Of a DNA stretch of 44,194 bases, positions 36,535-44,194 are shown one piece after another. The stretch is taken from the NCBI GenBank assembly GCA_035525115.1, contig DATLEQ010000025.1, forward strand, positions 1 through 44,194, in the 5' to 3' direction. A program made the position numbers and the translations under genes. Positions within the stretch are counted from its first letter, which is position 1; the number at the start of each line of letters is the position of its first letter. The DNA comes from Candidatus Limnocylindrales bacterium. Its GTDB lineage: Bacteria > Patescibacteriota > Saccharimonadia > Saccharimonadales > JAICHO01. The notes under the pieces were generated by a model, which did not search any database, was not told the DNA's origin, and worked only from the letters and a program-made list of their open reading frames with translations.

Positions 36535-37428
36535 ATGACATTGCCTAAAGTTAGAAAAGCAGTCATTGCTGCTGCAGGGTTTGGGACACGATTTTTGCCT
36601 CAGACAAAAGCGATGCCCAAAGAGATGCTGCCAATTGTTGACAAGCCGATTATTCAATACATTGTAGAAGAGCTGGTTGCTGCCGGTATTGAAGATATCG
36701 TAATTGTGACAGGGTACCACAAGCGGTCAATTGAAGACCATTTTGACTATATCAGCGGTGATTTACGTGCCAACCTGGAACAAGGCAATAAGTTGCAGCT
36801 GCTTGAAGAAACGCAAAAGATATCGGACCTTGCAAATTTTGTGTACGTGCGCCAAAAGGGACCATATGGTACGGCAACGCCGCTTATTAATGTTCACCAT
36901 CTCATAGGTAACGAGCCTTTTATTTATGTTTTTGCGGATGACCTTATTGTGGCGGACCCAAACTGTTATACACAAATGATTGGTTTGTATGAAGAAACCG
37001 GCGGCGCTATCTTGCCTTCTATCCGACTAACGTCTGATGTGCAATACGACCGTTACGGCGTACTAGGAGGTGACCTTATCAGACCTGACGTTTTAAAGAT
37101 GAGTAGTATCGTTGAAAAGCCCGGCCGGGCTCAAGCCCCTTCTGATTTTGGTAGCGTTGGAGGGTATTTATTAACAGCCGACGTCTTTGATTATTTGGAA
37201 AGCGGTCAAAAAGCCCTCAGCGGTGACCAGGAATTTTACTTAACGGATAATGTTATCCAGCCCATGTTAAATGATGGTAAATTATTTTATGGCTGTAACA
37301 TCAAAAACAGTGTCCGCTACGACACGGGCAATAAGCTGGATTATTTAAAAACGGTGGTTGACTTCGCCCTAAAAAATGATGAAATTAAAGATGAGTTTCG
37401 GGAGTACTTGCAAAGAGTGATACAATAG
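36535..37428 (+). CDS. galU: UTP--glucose-1-phosphate uridylyltransferase
   Basis: KAVIAAAGFGTRFLPQTKAMPKEMLPIVDKPIIQY, and VEKP. Confidence 0.9.
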   Translation: MTLPKVRKAVIAAAGFGTRFLPQTKAMPKEMLPIVDKPIIQYIVEELVAAGIEDIVIVTGYHKRSIEDHFDYISGDLRANLEQGNKLQLLEETQKISDLANFVYVRQKGPYGTATPLINVHHLIGNEPFIYVFADDLIVADPNCYTQMIGLYEETGGAILPSIRLTSDVQYDRYGVLGGDLIRPDVLKMSSIVEKPGRAQAPSDFGSVGGYLLTADVFDYLESGQKALSGDQEFYLTDNVIQPMLNDGKLFYGCNIKNSVRYDTGNKLDYLKTVVDFALKNDEIKDEFREYLQRVIQ

Positions 37429-37437
37429 GAAATACGT

Positions 37438-37710
37438 ATGGAGAACGCTCAGCAAATTCTAGTCATAATCTTAGGGGTCATGCTGGCTTTATTTTTACTG
37501 TTGGGCATCTTTGCATTGACCAAGATTATTCAGTTACTGGACCATTTAAAGCGCATATCGGAAAAAGCTGAAAAGCTGGCAGATACGGCTGAGAATATTG
37601 GCGAATTCTTCAAATATACAGCCGGCCCTGCTGCTATTGGGAAGCTATTTGCTAATATCACGAGCGTAGTGCTTAAACGTAAGAAATCAGGGAGGCATGA
37701 CTATGAGTAA
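37438..37710 (+). CDS. small membrane protein, DUF948/YtxG-like
   Basis: N-terminal TM helix followed by a coiled helical segment (LLDHLKRISEKAEKLADTAENIGEF). Sits next to a YtxH-like gene, as in the Bacillus ytxGH arrangement. The family call is tentative. Confidence 0.5.
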   Translation: MENAQQILVIILGVMLALFLLLGIFALTKIIQLLDHLKRISEKAEKLADTAENIGEFFKYTAGPAAIGKLFANITSVVLKRKKSGRHDYE

Positions 37711-38122
37711 CAAACGCAATATTGCAGTCGGTACCGTACTGGTTGCTGCGGCCGGATATGTTGCAGGTCTACTGACAGCGCCTAAAAGCGGACGCGAAAC
37801 GCGTAAAGATATACGTACTGCTGCCCAAAAAGCTAAGGGCGAAGCAGAACGAAAGCTAAAAAATGCACATGGTGAACTCACGAAACTAGTTAATGACGCA
37901 TCTGAGATGGCCAAGAGCTCAAAGCACAAAGCCAATGATGAATTAAAAAAGGCCCTTGAAAAGGCAAATAACGTCCGTTTGAAAACACGTGTCGTTTTAT
38001 CTGCTATCCATGAGGGCGAAGCAGAAGATAGGGATTTGCAAAAAGCACTTGATGACGTCAAGGCAGCGATTAAGCACTTAAAGCAATATGCCACTAAACC
38101 TCAAGCGAAAAAAGCAGAATAA
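37697..38122 (+). CDS. YtxH domain-containing protein
   Basis: TM/amphipathic start plus GLLTAPKSGRETRKDI, then a Lys/Ala/Glu-rich helical region. Confidence 0.7.
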   Translation: MTMSNKRNIAVGTVLVAAAGYVAGLLTAPKSGRETRKDIRTAAQKAKGEAERKLKNAHGELTKLVNDASEMAKSSKHKANDELKKALEKANNVRLKTRVVLSAIHEGEAEDRDLQKALDDVKAAIKHLKQYATKPQAKKAE

Positions 38123-38369
38123 ACCCAAACCCTCCTACGAGGATTTGGGTAAAATGCTGCAGAATATTTACGAGTCCGGTTATGCTGACCGTAACCAAAG
38201 TTACAAAATGAGCTTTATTAAGGGCATGCTGTCAGGCCTGGGAGGAGTGCTAGGGGCAACTATATTGGTTGGACTCGTGCTTTGGATGCTCTCCCTATTT
38301 AGCCACGTTCCTTTCCTTGAAAGGTTGTCAAATAACGTCCGCCAAACGGTTCAAACACGACAGAAGTAA
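38088..38369 (+). CDS. small membrane protein (DUF5665-like), start uncertain
   Basis: YADRNQSYKMSFIKGMLSGLGGVLGATILVGLVLWMLS. ATG 38088 overlaps the upstream gene by 35 nt, so ATG 38154 is an alternative start. Confidence 0.5.
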   Translation: MPLNLKRKKQNKPKPSYEDLGKMLQNIYESGYADRNQSYKMSFIKGMLSGLGGVLGATILVGLVLWMLSLFSHVPFLERLSNNVRQTVQTRQK

Positions 38370-38444
38370 CGTTGTAATTATAAGTCTCAGTGGTTTTGAT
38401 ATAGTTGGGGTAAAATAGAAAGTACAAACGAGGGCAGAAAAGTC

Positions 38445-41400
38445 GTGGCAAAAAAAATTGAACCTAGTGATTTTGTGCATCTGCACAACCATACACAATA
38501 TAGCTTGCTGGACGGCTTAACGAGGGTCAGCCAATTAATGGACTTTACCTCAGGGCAAGGTATGAAGGCCGTTGCTATGACAGACCATGGGAACATGTCT
38601 GGGGCGATTGATTTTTATAAAGAAGCTGTAAACCACGAGATAAAGCCGCTGATAGGAATTGAAACATACGTCGCTGCCCGTAAACATACCGATAAAGACC
38701 CATCCAAAGACAAAAATCGCTACCATTTGATCATTTTGTCCATGAATGAAGTCGGCTATAAAAATCTTATGCGGCTGTCTACGATTGCTAATATTGATGG
38801 ATTTTATTACTATCCACGGATTGACCATGACTTGTTAGAACAATATAACGAAGGGCTCATAATATTAAGCGCTTGTATGGGTGGAGAAATTGGCAATGCC
38901 TTAAAAGAAGGGCAATACGCCCAGGCCAAAGAGACTGCATTGTGGTACAAAAGGATATTTGGTGACCGGTACTATTTAGAAGTTCAAGACCACGGACATC
39001 CTAAAAATCCAATGCATAGCCAACAGCAACAAGACATTAATGACCAAATTTTACGGCTGTCCGCCGAAGTTAATATACCTGCGGTTGTCACTGCGGATGC
39101 CCACTATTTACGTCATGAGGACCAAGACGCCCATGAAGTTTTGTTATGTGTCGGCACCGGATCATATTTAAGTGACCCAAAGCGGATGACGCTGAAAGAA
39201 TTTCCTTTGCATGTTACGGAGCCTGCCGAGATTATTGCAAGATGGGGCGCAAAACATCCTGACCTGATTACGAACACAGGGGGTATTGCAGATCGCTGCA
39301 AAGTTGAAATTAAGCTTGGCAGTTACCACATCCCTCAGTTTCCGGTACCTGAAAAGGAAACTGAAAAAAGTTACTTAGACAAATTGACCTACCAGGGCTT
39401 AGTGCGCCGGTATGCACCAAAAACTTCAGCTAAAGAAATTGAAAAATTGTCGATAACAGATTTAAAAAAGAAATTAAACGCCAATATCATTGAACGTGCT
39501 GAATATGAGCTAGGTGTAGTAGATAGGATGGGCTTTAACGGCTATTTCTTAATTGTCCAAGACTTTATAAACTGGGGCAAGAACCAGGGCATTGTGTTTG
39601 GCCCGGGGAGAGGCAGCGGTGCGGGTTCAATCGTGGCTTATGCGCTACGCATCACGGAGCTTGATCCGCTCACATATGACCTGCTATTTGAGAGATTTTT
39701 GAATCCGGACCGTATTAGCATGCCCGACTTTGATGTGGACATTCAGGACACACGACGTGACGAAGTAATCCAATATTGCGTTGAAAGATATGGGAGTAAT
39801 CGGGTGGCAAACATTGTGACCTTCGGAAGAATGCAGGCGCGCAACGCTGTTCGTGACGTAGCACGAGTTTTACAAGTACCTTACGCTGATGCCGACAGGC
39901 TAGCCAAAATGGTTCCACAGCCAGTTCAGGGACGTCATATCCCGCTTGAGAAATCACTACAAGAAAACCAGGAACTTAAGGCCGAATACAAGTCAAACGA
40001 AACTTCGCGAATAGTGTTAGACCAGGCTATACGCCTTGAAGGTACCATACGCAGCCACGGTGTACATGCTGCCGGGGTGGTAATCGCCCCCGATGATATT
40101 GTAAAGTTCGTACCGTTAGAAATGGCTCAAAAAGGTGTCATCACGACACAGTATCCAATGGGGCCTATAGAAGAACTCGGGCTTTTAAAGATGGACTTTT
40201 TAGGCCTATCTAACTTAACCATCATCAAGAATGCCTTAAGGATTATCAAACGCGTACATGGCAAGGATATTGATATTGGCACACTACCCCTTGATGATAA
40301 AAAAACCTACCAACTCTTCCAGGCCGGTGATACCACGGGTGTATTTCAGTTTGAATCAGCTGGCATGAAGCGATATTTAAGACAACTCAAGCCGACTGTT
40401 TTTGATGACCTTATTGCCATGAACGCACTCTACAGGCCCGGCCCCATGCAGTGGATAGATGATTTTATCGCCCGTAAGCATGGCTTAAAAAAGATTGAAT
40501 ATATTCATCCTGCGATGGAACCCGCCTTAAAAACTACCTATGGCGTTATTGCCTATCAAGAACAAGTCATGCAAATCAGCAAAGAGATGTGTGGATTTAC
40601 CGGCGGTCAGGCTGATAGTTTGCGTAAAGGCATTGGCAAAAAAATACCTGAGGTGTTAGCAAAGTTTAAATCAGAATTTATTGAAGGTGCAATCAAGACT
40701 GTTAGTGCTGACCGTACCATTATGGAACGTTTTTGGAAAAATCTTGAAGCTTTTGCTTCTTATGCTTTTCCTAAAGCACACTCGGCTTGCTACGCCATGA
40801 TCGCCTACCAGACCGCCTATTTAAAGGCAAATTACCCTGCCGAGTTTATGGCTGCCCTGATGACCAGCGACTATGATGACATTGATAGGTTAGCCATTGA
40901 AATAACAGAATGTAAACATATGGGTATTGAAGTTTTGCAGCCTGACATTAATGAATCTTTTAATGAGTTTGCTGTCGTTCCGGGCAAGAACCAAATCCGG
41001 TTTGGATTGCGGGCAATAAAAAACGTTGGTTCGGGCGCGGTTGAAGAAATCCTGCGAGCCAGAAAATCACTAGGCAAATTTGATGGTCTAGAGAGTTATT
41101 TTAGTAGTGTGAATGTACGTACTGTTAACAAAAAAGCATTGGAAAGCCTTATTAAGGCAGGGGCTTTCGATCATTTTGCAGATCGATCAGTACTAATCCA
41201 TAACATGGATGTGCTGCTCGCTTATGCAAATAAACTTCAGAAAGATGCAACGAGTGGCCAGACGGATCTTTTTGGGTCGATAAGCGGTGAAAATACCAGG
41301 CCAAGCCTTAAGCTGAACGAATCGGTAACCAGCTTCAGCCAGCGTGAACAGCTGGTTTGGGAACGAGAGTTACTGGGCCTTTATCTAAGCCAACACCCCT

Positions 41401-42047
41401 TAGCCTCGTATGAAACTTTTTTGGCCGAGCAAACTGTTCCACTGCATACCGTTAAGCCTGAGCATGACGGCAAATCATTAAGTGCTGGCGGCAATATTAC
41501 TGATGTGAGAGAAATTACCACCAGAAACGGTCAAAAAATGGCATTTGTAAAATTAGCTGACCAGTTTGGTGAAATAGAACTGATATTATTTCCTAACATA
41601 TATCAGCAAACGTTAGGTATATGGGAGCGTGATCGAATTATTTTGGCAAAGGGCAAAATCACCTCTCAGGATAAGGATGGCAACGTTACGGAGGAAATCA
41701 AGATGTTGGTGGACGATGCCCGTGAGGTTACAGCCGAACAAGCTGCCGCCTACCAAGCCACTGGCAAGAAAACGCCTATGCCTAAAGGTGGGAGGCAAAA
41801 AAAGCCGAAGTTAACAGCGGCCGTGACGCCACAACGGGTATATATACGCCTGCTATCTAGTGCTAATCAAGACAAACTGCTTTCTTTAAAACAAACGATT
41901 GATGCTCACCCAGGCGAAACCGAGGTAGTTTTAGTAATAGGTGAAGCTCAAAGGCAAATCATACGTTTGCCGGGCAGGATAGCCCATGACGACGGTATTG
42001 AAAGTTTGCGTACCATAGTGGGTCATGAACACGTCAAGCTACAGTAG
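38445..42047 (+). CDS. dnaE: DNA polymerase III alpha subunit
   Basis: PHP domain HLHNHTQYSLLDG, GPGRGSGAGS, PDFDVD, FQFESAGM, OB-fold region. 1200 aa with no intein-like insertion noticed. GTG start after GAGGG. Confidence 0.95.
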   Translation: MAKKIEPSDFVHLHNHTQYSLLDGLTRVSQLMDFTSGQGMKAVAMTDHGNMSGAIDFYKEAVNHEIKPLIGIETYVAARKHTDKDPSKDKNRYHLIILSMNEVGYKNLMRLSTIANIDGFYYYPRIDHDLLEQYNEGLIILSACMGGEIGNALKEGQYAQAKETALWYKRIFGDRYYLEVQDHGHPKNPMHSQQQQDINDQILRLSAEVNIPAVVTADAHYLRHEDQDAHEVLLCVGTGSYLSDPKRMTLKEFPLHVTEPAEIIARWGAKHPDLITNTGGIADRCKVEIKLGSYHIPQFPVPEKETEKSYLDKLTYQGLVRRYAPKTSAKEIEKLSITDLKKKLNANIIERAEYELGVVDRMGFNGYFLIVQDFINWGKNQGIVFGPGRGSGAGSIVAYALRITELDPLTYDLLFERFLNPDRISMPDFDVDIQDTRRDEVIQYCVERYGSNRVANIVTFGRMQARNAVRDVARVLQVPYADADRLAKMVPQPVQGRHIPLEKSLQENQELKAEYKSNETSRIVLDQAIRLEGTIRSHGVHAAGVVIAPDDIVKFVPLEMAQKGVITTQYPMGPIEELGLLKMDFLGLSNLTIIKNALRIIKRVHGKDIDIGTLPLDDKKTYQLFQAGDTTGVFQFESAGMKRYLRQLKPTVFDDLIAMNALYRPGPMQWIDDFIARKHGLKKIEYIHPAMEPALKTTYGVIAYQEQVMQISKEMCGFTGGQADSLRKGIGKKIPEVLAKFKSEFIEGAIKTVSADRTIMERFWKNLEAFASYAFPKAHSACYAMIAYQTAYLKANYPAEFMAALMTSDYDDIDRLAIEITECKHMGIEVLQPDINESFNEFAVVPGKNQIRFGLRAIKNVGSGAVEEILRARKSLGKFDGLESYFSSVNVRTVNKKALESLIKAGAFDHFADRSVLIHNMDVLLAYANKLQKDATSGQTDLFGSISGENTRPSLKLNESVTSFSQREQLVWERELLGLYLSQHPLASYETFLAEQTVPLHTVKPEHDGKSLSAGGNITDVREITTRNGQKMAFVKLADQFGEIELILFPNIYQQTLGIWERDRIILAKGKITSQDKDGNVTEEIKMLVDDAREVTAEQAAAYQATGKKTPMPKGGRQKKPKLTAAVTPQRVYIRLLSSANQDKLLSLKQTIDAHPGETEVVLVIGEAQRQIIRLPGRIAHDDGIESLRTIVGHEHVKLQ

Positions 42048-42065
42048 CTGGCTCGGATCATGAGC

Positions 42066-43061
42066 TTAGCGTATAAAACCCGTGGTCTTTGACAAAATAG
42101 TGCCTAGTAGTACTAAGCTTACGAGGACAGTATCTAGCAGAGGATGATGTAAAACGAAGCGTTCACCATCTCTTAATACGTGCCTTAAGCCAGCTGCATG
42201 TTTAATGAGCAACACTACCAATGCTATGCCGACCGCCAACCCGCCTACGAACGAGACCCAGGGCGCTTTCCCGCCCGTAATAGTTTGGCCTTTTACTATT
42301 GCCATTGTCCGCGGTTCGTTTACAGTTGTTTGCTCGGTTGTAACGGGCAAATTCTGTGACTTATCTGGTTGAGGTTTAGGTGCGGCTGTAGGAGGGGTGA
42401 CGATGGGCGCATTCTGTTGGGTTCGTGGTTCAGTTGGTGCGGCCGTGGGAGGAGCCACTGGAGCCTGGTTAGCGCTGGCTAATACTTGCGGCTTACCATA
42501 CATCGCTACCACGACAGTTTCGGGGCCGGTATTGTTATAATTGACGCCATTTGCAAAACCAAACCCTACTTCATTAAAATCAGTGTCAAGCAAATTGTCG
42601 CGATGAGAAGGGCTGTTCATCCAGCCTACGACAGTATCGTTACTTGTCTTGAATCCATAGGCTAAGTTCTCGCCTGCCTTTAAATATTTGTAGCCCTCCT
42701 TATTAACAAAGACCCATGGTTCTTCTCCGTCAGGCGTATTATGTGACCAATAATTACGGGCTACCATGTCATTAGCCTTCGCCTGCGCAGCCGCCGATAG
42801 GCTAGGGTTAAGTAGCAACTCTGAGGCACTGTTTTGCTTGCGCTGCTCATTGGTGGCCACGAGTAGCTGGTCAATGCTCATATTGGTGGCATAAGCCAAT
42901 ACATTTTTATCGTGTATCGGCTGCAGCGTACTAACTAGGAAGGTAGCGATTAACAGCAATAAAACAGGAATATATGGCCAATAGTGTCGGCGTTCATGTT
43001 TATGGATGTGTTTTGGTTTGCTAAGCGCACGTATTTTGTGCGGCCTATGGTGCATAAGCAT
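42066..43061 (-). CDS. CAP/SCP (PR-1-like) domain surface protein with N- and C-terminal membrane segments
   Basis: NYWSHNTPDGE, GENLAYG, VVGWMNSPSHRDNLL and FNEVGFG form a CAP domain. It is followed by a Pro/Thr/Ala linker with two PPTAAP units and two C-terminal hydrophobic helices. Confidence 0.75.
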   Translation of the reverse strand: MLMHHRPHKIRALSKPKHIHKHERRHYWPYIPVLLLLIATFLVSTLQPIHDKNVLAYATNMSIDQLLVATNEQRKQNSASELLLNPSLSAAAQAKANDMVARNYWSHNTPDGEEPWVFVNKEGYKYLKAGENLAYGFKTSNDTVVGWMNSPSHRDNLLDTDFNEVGFGFANGVNYNNTGPETVVVAMYGKPQVLASANQAPVAPPTAAPTEPRTQQNAPIVTPPTAAPKPQPDKSQNLPVTTEQTTVNEPRTMAIVKGQTITGGKAPWVSFVGGLAVGIALVVLLIKHAAGLRHVLRDGERFVLHHPLLDTVLVSLVLLGTILSKTTGFIR

Positions 43062-43081
43062 TAAGTGTAACTATATTTTGA

Positions 43082-43588
43082 TTATTTCGCAAACACACAA
43101 TGGTATAAGGCCATGGCAGCAGCTTGGACTACATTAAATGACTCTTTACGGCCGCGCATGGGTATTTCGACAACAGTGTCACAGAGCTGTAATGTCTCAG
43201 GCTCCATGCCAAACGTTTCACGCCCCACAATTATGGCAACCCGTTGCGGTGGTACCCATGTGGTTAAGTTTATGCTTTGTGCTGTCTGCTCCAAACCAGC
43301 CACAACAAAGCCAGCCTGTCTAAGTTCAGCAATAGCAGTCAGTATTTCATGGCGGTGTCTCCAGGGCAAGGTGAGCTCCGCACCCAATGCAGTCTTTTCA
43401 ATTTGCCGATGGGATTTTAAGGCAATATGAGGTAAGCGTTCATCGGAACCAATAAGCGGATAGGGAGTATAACCAGTTAAGTAAACCATTTCCAGCCCAA
43501 GGCCTTCGGCGGTACGCAGTAATGAACCGACGTTATGGCAACTCCGAACATTATGGACAATCAGCGCAACGCGTCTGGACATGGACAC
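43082..43588 (-). CDS. SpoU/TrmH-family RNA 2'-O-methyltransferase
   Basis: HNVGSLLRTAEGLG, IIVGRETFGM, IPMRGRKESFNVVQAAAMALY. GTG start. Confidence 0.8.
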   Translation of the reverse strand: MSMSRRVALIVHNVRSCHNVGSLLRTAEGLGLEMVYLTGYTPYPLIGSDERLPHIALKSHRQIEKTALGAELTLPWRHRHEILTAIAELRQAGFVVAGLEQTAQSINLTTWVPPQRVAIIVGRETFGMEPETLQLCDTVVEIPMRGRKESFNVVQAAAMALYHCVFAK

Positions 43589-43642
43589 AGTGTATTCATA
43601 TTTGTTGGTAGTGGCTAGTGCTTATGGTTAAATGGTAACTAG

Positions 43643-44194
43643 ATGAGTCAAGATGCCCGCCGTGACGAAGAAATAAACACAGAACGCCGTGCTCAAATTT
43701 TGGGTTTGGCCTATACCGACACCTCAGGTATTGCGACAAAACATCTCTATAAAGACCTGTTAACCATCCATGACCTCTATGCGCTCCGTGTCATCCCGCT
43801 TATTGCTGATGACCATAATATAACCTTTGGCGTAACTAATACAACATCACAACAGACAATGGCGATGCTGCGGCAGCAGTTTTTAGACCAAAGGGTCGGC
43901 TTTACGCTTATATCTGATACAGGTTTTCGTGAGTACATGAAGCTGTATGATCCCCCTAAAACAGTTGAGTATCATGAGATCGCACTAAGCTCGGCAGGCA
44001 GCGAAGAGCAAATCCGTCAGGTTTCGGCCATTTTGGCGCAAGTAAAAGCCGGCGATATGTTAGCTTATTTGGTACAGCAAGCCCATCGCTTAAACGCATC
44101 TGATATCCACCTTGAAACGCAGCGCGATCATGCACGCATTAGGTTTCGTATTGACGGTGTACTCCATAGGATTGCCGAAACTGATGTAGACAAA
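43643..44194 (+). CDS. GspE/PilB-family secretion or type IV pilus assembly ATPase, N-terminal part (runs off the window)
   Basis: The frame is open from ATG 43643 to the window end and is absent from the ORF track. AHRLNASDIHLETQRDHARIRFRIDGVLH is the conserved entry into the GspE/PilB ATPase domain. Confidence 0.8.
   Translation, partial: MSQDARRDEEINTERRAQILGLAYTDTSGIATKHLYKDLLTIHDLYALRVIPLIADDHNITFGVTNTTSQQTMAMLRQQFLDQRVGFTLISDTGFREYMKLYDPPKTVEYHEIALSSAGSEEQIRQVSAILAQVKAGDMLAYLVQQAHRLNASDIHLETQRDHARIRFRIDGVLHRIAETDVDK

Noticed and set aside
36478-36720. An 80-aa minus-strand ORF spanning the galU promoter and start.
   Set aside because: It is antisense to the highly conserved GalU N-terminus, and no signals support it.
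38387-38596. A 69-aa minus-strand ORF across the dnaE start.
   Set aside because: It is antisense to the conserved PHP domain start of dnaE, so it is probably spurious.
38445-42047. Possible intein or large insertion in dnaE (1200 aa) or pheT (854 aa).
   Set aside because: The conserved blocks are contiguous, and no Cys/Ser...HN splice-junction architecture or homing-endonuclease-like segment was noticed. The lengths are within the normal range.
1-44194. Alternative genetic code (UGA read as Gly, as in some CPR lineages).
   Set aside because: TGA terminates several genes exactly where family alignments end (pheS, fba, the 431-aa ORF, cupredoxin 1). Conserved genes are uninterrupted under code 11.
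1-44194. Search for tRNA, rRNA, CRISPR arrays, transposases, integrases, prophage or toxin-antitoxin pairs.
   Set aside because: No intergenic gap exceeds 177 nt, and none shows a tRNA-like T-arm or acceptor pattern. The only tandem repeat is the coding GGY tract. No recombinase-like ORFs were seen.

Overview
This is a gene-dense chromosomal segment with 48 supported CDS, most on the + strand, separated by short gaps and many 1-, 4- or 8-nt overlaps. I found no rRNA, tRNA, CRISPR array, transposase or integrase. Standard code 11 fits, since TGA ends well-delimited genes.

The content is mostly housekeeping:
- rmuC (5' end cut by the window edge), yajQ, pheS and pheT.
- A DUF2207 membrane protein, an ABC exporter, a Nudix hydrolase and an FKBP isomerase.
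- A redox cluster: NrdH-like glutaredoxin, trxB, marR, a membrane-anchored helical protein and two cupredoxins, convergent with an FNR-like reductase and glpQ.
- ppa and an MFS transporter.
- A sugar-phosphate cluster: gap, rpiB, rpe, split transketolase, class II aldolase and a PfkB kinase.
- uvrB, gatCAB, galU, small YtxG/YtxH-like membrane proteins, dnaE, a CAP-domain surface protein and a SpoU methyltransferase.
- The 5' end of a PilB/GspE-type ATPase at the right edge.

The gene set and compactness suggest a small-genome CPR/Patescibacteria-like organism, possibly Saccharibacteria. That is inference only.

Observations worth a second look:
1. A -10-like hexamer, often with an extended TGn, sits 5-9 nt upstream of 18 start codons that lack a Shine-Dalgarno box. 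This points to widespread leaderless or near-leaderless expression alongside SD-led genes.
2. A self-contained two-gene unit between uvrB and gatC encodes a HerA/FtsK-superfamily ATPase and a Cys-rich repeat protein.
3. Three translationally coupled genes encode a 431-aa unknown protein, a TIGR00725/SLOG-like protein and a small membrane peptide.
4. In the coupled cupredoxin pair, the second copy replaces the type-1 copper Cys with Asp and carries a His-rich loop.
5. Matching ACTT-N9-AAGT palindromes overlap the predicted promoters on both sides of marR.

All functional calls rest on motif recognition by eye. No database search was run.
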